This document shows, in pieces, positions 7,677 to 14,939 of a DNA stretch of 21,042 bases; the first letter of the stretch is position 1, and each line of letters begins with the position of its first letter. Below the pieces are notes generated by a model that worked only from the letters and a program-made list of their open reading frames with translations, searched no databases and had not been told where the DNA came from. Both the position numbers and the translations under genes were made by a program. This stretch comes from Candidatus Hermodarchaeota archaeon (GTDB lineage: Archaea; Asgardarchaeota; Lokiarchaeia; Sigyniarchaeales; SOKP01): the NCBI GenBank assembly GCA_048885535.1, contig JBHLLO010000053.1, positions 1 to 21,042 on the forward strand, given 5' to 3'.

Positions 7677-8774
7677 ATGATTGAGTTCTCTATATGGTTC
7701 ATATTTTTAACTTTTTCTTATGTTTTAGTTTTATATTTATTTTTGCATTTTTCAAACAAAAAAGAAAAGGTAAATAACTTAATTGGATTTGGAGCATTAT
7801 GTGTTGTTTTTATTCATTTATTAGTTATTTTTATCCTTATGTTTCAAGATACTTCTCTTCATTTAGATCTGATTCCACTATGGTTTTTTTCATTAGGATT
7901 GCCAATATTAATTTTATTTACAGTAGTGCTTATTTCTTCTTCATTAGAACTTATAATTAATCATTTATTCAGGTCTGGATGGCTAAAGCATTTCTATGTA
8001 AAAATAGAAGAGAAATTAAGAATGAGAAGCAAAGCGAAAAATGATTTCTATCGTAAGGTTCCTCATGTTTTGATGTTTATTGGTATCTTCATTTTATGGT
8101 TGTTGGGAGTCTATATTATTTATTCCGCAGTTGGAACTACTGAAGGGATGATTCCATACGAAAATAATATGCTTTATCTTTACCTACAAATTCTAACTAT
8201 GCCAAACATAATTCGTGATGTATTATTTGCTTTAGGCTGGTTTTATTATCTACTCTTCTTCTTTTTCTATATATTTGCATTAATTATGCTAACCAATGAA
8301 TTTACTCGAAAATCTCGATATGTAAGTTTCCCCAGTAACTTTCTCTCTACTATACTTCTCAATAAAGATGAGAAGCAAGGTTATGGTACATATCTTTATT
8401 TTGCTGTCGGTCATATGTTTGCAGCTTTAATTTGCCCTCCAATGGTTTTTCTTTCAATTTTAGGGATTAGTACTATAGCTGATCTAATCACCAGTCAAAT
8501 TGGGATAAGATATGGGAAATATCATATAAAATTTAACAAAGAAAAAACTTGGGAAGGAACAATTGCTGGTTCAGTGGCAGCTTTTTTAGTGAGCTTTCCT
8601 TTTATAGGTCATATATGGGCTTTAATATTTGCTTTTTTATTCTTATTTCTTGATGTCTTAACAGAGAAGCCAGTTAAAGTATCGGATAATTTAGTCTTTC
8701 CGATAGCCTTATCAATTATTTATTTTGTTATAAGATTTGTATTAAATTTAAACTATTACACTCTTATTGGCTAA
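7677..8774 (+). CDS. Dolichol/phytol kinase-like CTP-dependent membrane kinase (paralog 1)
   Basis: RKVPH, ADLITSQIGIRYGK, KTWEG and DNLVFP motifs; multiple TM helices. Confidence 0.8.
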   Translation: MIEFSIWFIFLTFSYVLVLYLFLHFSNKKEKVNNLIGFGALCVVFIHLLVIFILMFQDTSLHLDLIPLWFFSLGLPILILFTVVLISSSLELIINHLFRSGWLKHFYVKIEEKLRMRSKAKNDFYRKVPHVLMFIGIFILWLLGVYIIYSAVGTTEGMIPYENNMLYLYLQILTMPNIIRDVLFALGWFYYLLFFFFYIFALIMLTNEFTRKSRYVSFPSNFLSTILLNKDEKQGYGTYLYFAVGHMFAALICPPMVFLSILGISTIADLITSQIGIRYGKYHIKFNKEKTWEGTIAGSVAAFLVSFPFIGHIWALIFAFLFLFLDVLTEKPVKVSDNLVFPIALSIIYFVIRFVLNLNYYTLIG

Positions 8775-8777
8775 AAA

Positions 8778-9809
8778 ATGTTGTATTTAACGACTAGTAT
8801 TATTTTAATTGGATACTCATTAACAACATTAATTTATGTTATATCAAATTGGAGGGATAAAGTTAAAAAAGGGTTAGTTGCTAATGAATTAGCTATTGTA
8901 TTATTATTTCTTTTAGCAGGGATATTATTTCCTTATATGTACCAATATCATTCAGCATCATTGCCCTTAGAGACTTTATCTTTATTATGGTTAATTACAT
9001 CGATTATTTTTTTGATTGAGATGGGTTGCTTATTTATTATTTTGATTTATAATACAATAATTTCAAAGAAGAATCCCCATCTCATGGCAGAGAGGAATTA
9101 TAGTAAATATTGCGCTGAGTTTAATCAAAAGTGGAATGATGATTTAAAAAGTGAACGCGGAAGGAAATTATTACATCTATTTACAAGTTCTATTATTTTC
9201 ATTTTCTGGGGTTTAGGAACTATATTAGATATTTTTGGTATATTAGATAAAATTTATCTTGATAATTATAGTTTCTCATACATGCTTATTGTTGTAACGG
9301 GATTTGCCTTTATCTTTATGTTTCAGATTGCAGATTTGGCACGTTTAAATAAATTTTATATGTTACCAAATTGGGCTAGAAAATGGTATTTATCTATGAG
9401 ACAAGAGGAGCAAGAAACATTCTTAGCCTCCACCCCATTAGTATTATCCTTTGTTCCTTTCATTTTTGCTCCTTTCCCTATATTTGCTGCTGTGGCTTTA
9501 ATTGCTACGGGTGCAGATGCCATGGCATGTATTATTGGAAAAAAATATGGAAAACATTCACTTAGAAAAAATTCAAAAAAAACTATTGAAGGATTTTTAG
9601 CGGGTGGAATAAGTACATTCTTAATAGTTATTGTTATATTTAATCTTTACCATGCATGGATGCCAATTGACCAAATAAAGATAATTTTAATGGCATTAAT
9701 AGCTACAATTATGTTTTTATTTGTTGATATGTTTGCAAAATATATATCTGATAATATTTTGAATCCGGTTTTAACGGGATTAGGAATGTGGTTAATCTAT
9801 TTAGTTTAA
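8778..9809 (+). CDS. Dolichol/phytol kinase-like CTP-dependent membrane kinase (paralog 2)
   Basis: RKLLHL, DLARL, ADAMACIIGKKYGKH, KKTIEG and DNILNP motifs; multiple TM helices. Confidence 0.85.
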   Translation: MLYLTTSIILIGYSLTTLIYVISNWRDKVKKGLVANELAIVLLFLLAGILFPYMYQYHSASLPLETLSLLWLITSIIFLIEMGCLFIILIYNTIISKKNPHLMAERNYSKYCAEFNQKWNDDLKSERGRKLLHLFTSSIIFIFWGLGTILDIFGILDKIYLDNYSFSYMLIVVTGFAFIFMFQIADLARLNKFYMLPNWARKWYLSMRQEEQETFLASTPLVLSFVPFIFAPFPIFAAVALIATGADAMACIIGKKYGKHSLRKNSKKTIEGFLAGGISTFLIVIVIFNLYHAWMPIDQIKIILMALIATIMFLFVDMFAKYISDNILNPVLTGLGMWLIYLV

Positions 9810-9820
9810 GAGATGAGAAC

Positions 9821-10114
9821 TTAGCCACCAAAGTAAAGATATAAAAAAGCTATGTCATCACCATCTTTTAATATAGTTTCTAGAAATTTATCATCACGAT
9901 AACTTATCCCATTAACAATTATTGACAAAAAAGAGCTAAATTGTACTGGGTTTTTTTTATCCCATAATAGTTCTTTGAATTTTTCCCCATATTTTTCATA
10001 GAAATATTCTAATAAAGCTTGTAAGGTGATTTCTTTTTCAAGCTTAACAATCTCAGTAGTTTTTTTGGTAACCTCATTGAATGGTGGTTCATATCGAAGT
10101 TTTAAAGAGATCAT
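9821..10114 (-). CDS. MoaD/ThiS/SAMP family ubiquitin-like protein
   Basis: Beta-grasp pattern ITLQALLE, IIVNG, LKDGDDIAF, and a C-terminal GG. Confidence 0.9.
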   Translation of the reverse strand: MISLKLRYEPPFNEVTKKTTEIVKLEKEITLQALLEYFYEKYGEKFKELLWDKKNPVQFSSFLSIIVNGISYRDDKFLETILKDGDDIAFLYLYFGG

Positions 10115-10288
10115 CTATATTACCTCTGATAAATTAATAAGAATAGTACTTAGGATTCATAAATCATCAAAAATATAAATTTATTTTGGAAATAAAAAAT
10201 AAAAGTGAGATTTTTATTAAAAAATTAATAAGTAGGTTATAAAACTAAATAAGATAATTGCTTAAATGTATTTAGTGAGGTATTGAAG

Positions 10289-11305
10289 ATGGCTCAAATC
10301 CTTTTTATTTCAGAAAGAACCATACGAGATGCTTGGCTCTCTGCTTTAGCTCAAGTTCTATTTAATGGAGATGATATCAAAACGGAATATGATAAAATAG
10401 GGGATCTTCCCTCTAGAGATGCAACAGCAATGATAGAAGTCAAAGAACCAATGAGAGATCCTATTATGAGAAAAGATAAGGTAATGAAAATTACTTCTAA
10501 ATATGGAAACTCATATGAAGTATATGGGTGTGTGGCTGATACTTACCTAGTTGGATCTATTCAAAGTGGATATATAGAGGAAATCTTACAAGGTGTAAAC
10601 GATCATTATATTTGGGATTCAGATGTAAGTTTTCCTTATTCATATCATGATAGAATCTTTAATTATTCCCCCTTTTCTCTTGAAGATACGATTCATGTTG
10701 ATTATGATTTAGAAATTGTAGAAGCAAAATTTGTAAAAGAACATAAAAAGTTAATCAAGGCAAATAAAATTGTAAAAACTGAAGAGGGTTTAATATGGAA
10801 ACTAAAAAATCTTGTAGATTTTAGTCTTGAGAAAAAGATTTCTAATCAAATTGGCGTAGATAAAATCCCTATTGGAGTTTTAACTTTTCCAAGAATTAAT
10901 CAAATAGAATATATAATCCAAAAGTTAAAAGAAAAACCACATTCTCGGAGGGCTCAAGCTATAACCTGGAGACCTTTAGTAGATCCTTTTCACGTAGATC
11001 CTCCCTGTCTTCAAAGAATCTACATGCGAGTTAAAGATGGAAAACTTTTAATGCAAACTACTTGGAGGAGTAGAGATTTATTCAGAGCATGGGAAGCTAA
11101 TGTAAATGGAATGATCAGAATCCAAAAACTAGTAGCTGATGAGTTAGGAGTTGAATTAGGCCATTATTTAGATTTCAGTAACTCATTACATATTTATGGA
11201 AATACTATTTCAGAAGTTACCGATATGTTTAATCGTATGAGAAATAGAGGTGAAAAATTTCCTTCTGAAGTTGAGACGCTTCTGGAAAAGTATATGAGGA
11301 ATTAG
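10289..11305 (+). CDS. thyA: Archaeal-type thymidylate synthase (ThyA fold) with insertions
   Basis: YSYHDRI, NQI.YII.KL, SRRA.A.TW, PPCLQ (catalytic Cys), RSRD...AW.AN, SLHIY. ATG at 10289 behind GTGAGG. Confidence 0.88.
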   Translation: MAQILFISERTIRDAWLSALAQVLFNGDDIKTEYDKIGDLPSRDATAMIEVKEPMRDPIMRKDKVMKITSKYGNSYEVYGCVADTYLVGSIQSGYIEEILQGVNDHYIWDSDVSFPYSYHDRIFNYSPFSLEDTIHVDYDLEIVEAKFVKEHKKLIKANKIVKTEEGLIWKLKNLVDFSLEKKISNQIGVDKIPIGVLTFPRINQIEYIIQKLKEKPHSRRAQAITWRPLVDPFHVDPPCLQRIYMRVKDGKLLMQTTWRSRDLFRAWEANVNGMIRIQKLVADELGVELGHYLDFSNSLHIYGNTISEVTDMFNRMRNRGEKFPSEVETLLEKYMRN

Positions 11306-12078
11306 TTATTAAAAATCTTTGGAAAAACATTTTTTGTATTCTTAAAGATTTGTTCTTCTAACTCATTAATTGGAATATTCTTTAACTTTGAAATGGAATT
11401 TAAAACTTCTTTAATCATGGCAGGAGTTCCCACCTTTCCTGAATATTCGACAGGTCCATCACTTTCTAATAATAAATGTTCTGCATCAACCATTAAAACT
11501 GTTTTTTTCACAGCTGGAGAATAATTAATTGCGGGTGTGATAGAAAAGTAATAACCTGTATCAATACCTAATTTTATAAGATTTTCTGGTCCTGAATACC
11601 AATGAATATTAACATTGGGAATATCATATGATGTTAATGAGTCAAAAACAATTTGTTCTGCCCCCTTACTGTGAATAATTACAGGTAATCTTAACTCTTG
11701 AGCTAGCTTTAGCATACGTAAAAATATTTTTTTCTGTAAAGGATACAGTTCTGAGTCCTTGACAAAGTAATGATCTAGCCCTATTTCCCCAATTGCTACA
11801 ATTTTTTCTTTATTTGAAATTATAAAACTCTCTATTGAATTTAGCTGGTCTTTGATCTTATTATTCATTTTTACTTCCTCAGGATGTATTCCAAGTGCGG
11901 GGTAAATAGCATCAAATTGTTGGGAAATTGCTAAAACTCTTTCCTGACTTATAGCACTCATTGCAACTGCTATAATTTTTTCAACTCCAAGAACAAAAGC
12001 TTCTTTTACAATATCTTCAATTGTTAAATACAGATTTGCATGACAATGCACATCTATTAATATATTTTTCACCCTCAC
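11302..12078 (-). CDS. tatD: TatD family deoxyribonuclease/hydrolase
   Basis: IDVHCH, ALGIHP, AIGEIGLD, LPVIIHS, HWYSG, LLLESDGP. Confidence 0.95.
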   Translation of the reverse strand: MRVKNILIDVHCHANLYLTIEDIVKEAFVLGVEKIIAVAMSAISQERVLAISQQFDAIYPALGIHPEEVKMNNKIKDQLNSIESFIISNKEKIVAIGEIGLDHYFVKDSELYPLQKKIFLRMLKLAQELRLPVIIHSKGAEQIVFDSLTSYDIPNVNIHWYSGPENLIKLGIDTGYYFSITPAINYSPAVKKTVLMVDAEHLLLESDGPVEYSGKVGTPAMIKEVLNSISKLKNIPINELEEQIFKNTKNVFPKIFNN

Positions 12079-12107
12079 AAATTTTGAGATGATTTAACTC
12101 AGACAAC

Positions 12108-12443
12108 TTATAATCGGCTAATTTCCGCTCTTAAATCGACAATTTTTTTTACTAATTGGAATTTTCCTTTAGGATATGATTTTGTATCTAAATATTTCAT
12201 TAAACTTTCTAATTCCTTTATTAAGTAATTTTTTATATCTTCTTTAGTCACATGTCCTAAAAGTTTTGGTAAAGGCTCAATTTTTTCTGCACGTTTGATT
12301 CTCAGATCAGAGATGGCTTTCGCTAGTTGTGCCTGAAATCCTTTAGATTCCGAAATATCTGTACCACCAAGCATGTCTAAAGAAGTCTTTAGACCATCAA
12401 TAAATGCCTCTAAGTCCTTTATCTCAATTTCATCATTAGTCAT
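12108..12443 (-). CDS. Hypothetical helical protein with an internal two-fold repeat
   Basis: 111 aa; KGFQAQLAKAISDLR versus KGKFQLVKKIVDLR. Confidence 0.7.
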   Translation of the reverse strand: MTNDEIEIKDLEAFIDGLKTSLDMLGGTDISESKGFQAQLAKAISDLRIKRAEKIEPLPKLLGHVTKEDIKNYLIKELESLMKYLDTKSYPKGKFQLVKKIVDLRAEISRL

Positions 12444-12533
12444 TTATAAAGAAAACAGTGTGAGTTAATATCTTATATCCTAGAAAGATATTTCATATAT
12501 ATATTTCTTTATATTTCTAATGAGAGGAAGAAT

Positions 12534-13286
12534 TTATGCAAATTCATCAAAAAATAAAGCGGCAAGAGTAGATATAACTTTCTTTCTTAGGTGTTCATTA
12601 TAAATTCGAACTTTGTCTGAAAATTCTATTTGCATGGTTTGACTATTTTCTATATTGTTCGCTCCATATTTTTGAGTGATATAACCTCCTTTGAGAGCAT
12701 ATTCTTTTCTTCTTTGATGCCCTGGAGCAATGGAGATTCCTACATTTATAAATGTTTTAATTATTTTTCCTCGTATATTATGTCCCCATAATCTTTTGGG
12801 TATAGGTGCAGAAAATAGAGTTTCCAAATTATTAGTACCTAATATGATATCTACATCACGATAACCCAAAGGTATATCTTTCTTTTCGAATCCATGTATA
12901 TCAATCATGATAGAGCGATTAAATCGTTTTAAATTATAATGAATTAATTCTTCTATTTTATTGTGATAATTTTGGTAAATTTGGCCAGCTAAAATGGACG
13001 TAACATCGTATGCTTCTGATTCTATTCTATTAAGATCAATTTTACTCCTATGGATTTTAGATAAGATGTAAGATGGTCCTTTTTTGGCTGATCCTTTTGA
13101 TTGGTATATATCTTCAATCGATTTAATTAACTCAAAAGCCATACTTATTGTTTTCTTATCCGCCCCAATAATTCCTTCCGTTCTGGTAGGGATTTCTTCA
13201 ATTTTTATTTTACCCCCATGAGATATTGATAGAATAAGAGGAATGTTTCCCTTATGGTATTCTATAAACTTTCCAAAAAATTCCAT
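12534..13286 (-). CDS. N-formylglutamate amidohydrolase-like protein
   Basis: PLILSISHGG, R.KIDLNR, Y..YH, IDIHG, DIILGT, GGYIT, MQIE. Confidence 0.8.
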   Translation of the reverse strand: MEFFGKFIEYHKGNIPLILSISHGGKIKIEEIPTRTEGIIGADKKTISMAFELIKSIEDIYQSKGSAKKGPSYILSKIHRSKIDLNRIESEAYDVTSILAGQIYQNYHNKIEELIHYNLKRFNRSIMIDIHGFEKKDIPLGYRDVDIILGTNNLETLFSAPIPKRLWGHNIRGKIIKTFINVGISIAPGHQRRKEYALKGGYITQKYGANNIENSQTMQIEFSDKVRIYNEHLRKKVISTLAALFFDEFA

Positions 13287-13348
13287 TATTGAACCAAATT
13301 TTTGAAAATTTGAAATAAATAAAAAAGTTAAGATTTTAGAAAATTTTA

Positions 13349-13798
13349 TTATGTAATTGTTAACATTCTAAGTATCATGAAAACACCTAACCATATTAGA
13401 AATCCACAAATACCAAAAATATAATACGCCCAAATATTCTTCTCTTTTACAAAAATTAAGTAGCAAATTAACCAAGAGCTAAGACCTCCAATAGCTCCCA
13501 TTAGAAGATCAGTAGTTATATTTTCCCAACTATCTACTCTACCTTCAAATTTCCAACCTAGATCAATAAATAGGGTATTTTCAAAGACTTCCCATAATAC
13601 TATTATTACCATAGTGCAAATGAAGACGAATAATAAAGAGAAGATAGGAATTTTACCTTTATTTTTTGGAATTGTATAAAACAAAGAAAAGAATAAAAAA
13701 ACACCAATGCCAAAACATATATGTCCAATCGAATAGAAATCAAACCAAGCTATTCCAACCATATCAGGATCAGTTGCAATTAAATCTACAAACAACAT
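13349..13798 (-). CDS. Membrane protein, DUF2585/VanZ-like
   Basis: About 4 TM helices with conserved-looking polar motifs D.YS.GH..FG, WEVFEN and DS..N...D. Confidence 0.65.
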   Translation of the reverse strand: MLFVDLIATDPDMVGIAWFDFYSIGHICFGIGVFLFFSLFYTIPKNKGKIPIFSLLFVFICTMVIIVLWEVFENTLFIDLGWKFEGRVDSWENITTDLLMGAIGGLSSWLICYLIFVKEKNIWAYYIFGICGFLIWLGVFMILRMLTIT

Positions 13799-13984
13799 AT
13801 TTCTTTCACATTTGATTTTCTATCTAATTCATTTTTATAATTAATATTTTTTTAAAAGAATATTTCTAAAATAATAATACTGTTCATTTAATATAATGTT
13901 ATTTTGAGTTAATTCTTGAAAAAAAGTATTGCATTAGGTGTATTTTATCAAAAAGAATACTTAAAATCAAAAGAATTAGATGAT

Positions 13985-14785
13985 TTATTCTGATATGTAA
14001 TAAGTCTTTCCTTCCTTTTTTATAAATCCCTCATCTTCTAAAGCATGTAGAATGTTCTTTATTTTGTCAGAGTCTTTACTAACTTCTTTAAAAATTTCAG
14101 TTTCCTTTATGCTTTTTTCTTTAAGTATCAATTTTAAAACTTTTCCTCGAATCTCTCTACTAGAACCTTTGAATTTAGTCTGTTTCCTGTAATTAGTACT
14201 TTTTTTATGTAGTTCTGGATATCTTCTCTTAAGCATAACACCATAATCCATTAAAGCATAATACCAATCTCTAGGATTAGAAGTATCCAACGTTTTTTCA
14301 ACTAATTCTAGTATTTCTTTATCAGAGATTAATTTTTTATCCTGAAAGAAGAAGTGTATATATACTCTTCTAATATTAGTTTCGATAAAGACGGTAGGGA
14401 TATTAAACGCAAAGGTTATTATCGATGAGGCTGTATTATGACCAATTTGGGGAAAAGATTTTAGAATATTGATATCTTCAGGTAATTTACTATCGTAATT
14501 GTTAACTACGGTTTCAGCTATATTTTTTAATGCAAGAGCCCTTCTATTGTAGCCTAAACCCTGCCAGATTTTTAAGATATCGTTAATCTGAGCGTTTGCT
14601 AATGCATTAAAGTTCGGATATTTATCGATAAATTCTAAGAACTTCTCGGCAACCCTACTTGTTTGAGTTTGCTGAAGCATTATTTCCGATATTAAAACTT
14701 TATACGGATTTATATCAGTCCTAAAAGGAAAATTTCTTCCCGATCTTTTGTAGTATGAATAAATAATTTTTTGGAATAGTCTCAA
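13985..14785 (-). CDS. mutY: MutY-like A/G-specific adenine glycosylase (HhH-GPD), lacking the 4Fe-4S motif
   Basis: PY.VLISEIMLQQTQ..RV, W.GLGYNRRA, FPQIGHNTA, ETNIRRV, ALMDYG. The reading frame is open to 14845, and the true start may be the ATA at 14842. Confidence 0.9.
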   Translation of the reverse strand: MRLFQKIIYSYYKRSGRNFPFRTDINPYKVLISEIMLQQTQTSRVAEKFLEFIDKYPNFNALANAQINDILKIWQGLGYNRRALALKNIAETVVNNYDSKLPEDINILKSFPQIGHNTASSIITFAFNIPTVFIETNIRRVYIHFFFQDKKLISDKEILELVEKTLDTSNPRDWYYALMDYGVMLKRRYPELHKKSTNYRKQTKFKGSSREIRGKVLKLILKEKSIKETEIFKEVSKDSDKIKNILHALEDEGFIKKEGKTYYISE

Positions 14786-14906
14786 TATATATTTTGTTAA
14801 ACCCTCTCTTTTGTAAATTTTGTGAAAATCGTGGATAAGTATATCTTAACACCTTTATTGATTTGGATTAGAAAGGAAATGGTGAAAAAAGAAATTAACT
14901 ATTTTC

Positions 14907-14928
14907 AAATATAAAGATCTTTATATTT
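14907..14928. promoter_or_regulatory. Perfect 22-bp palindrome containing TATA-like boxes
   Basis: AAATATAAAGATCTTTATATTT is its own reverse complement and lies upstream of mutY. Confidence 0.5.
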
Positions 14929-14939
14929 TTCAAACGAAG

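Noticed and set aside
9383-9565. 60-aa Cys-rich ORF
   Set aside because: Out-of-frame within kinase paralog 2. The Cys codons arise from shifted T-GCN Ala codons, so it is not a real zinc finger.
12481-12519. TAGAAAGATA...TATATTTCTA inverted repeat around a TA run
   Set aside because: Short, imperfect and low-complexity; expected by chance at this AT content.
10289-14785. thyA + tatD + mutY as a DNA hypermodification or defence cluster
   Set aside because: The genes lie on different strands and are interspersed with unrelated genes. ThyA keeps the dUMP-type Asn, and no kinase or glycosyltransferase partners are present.
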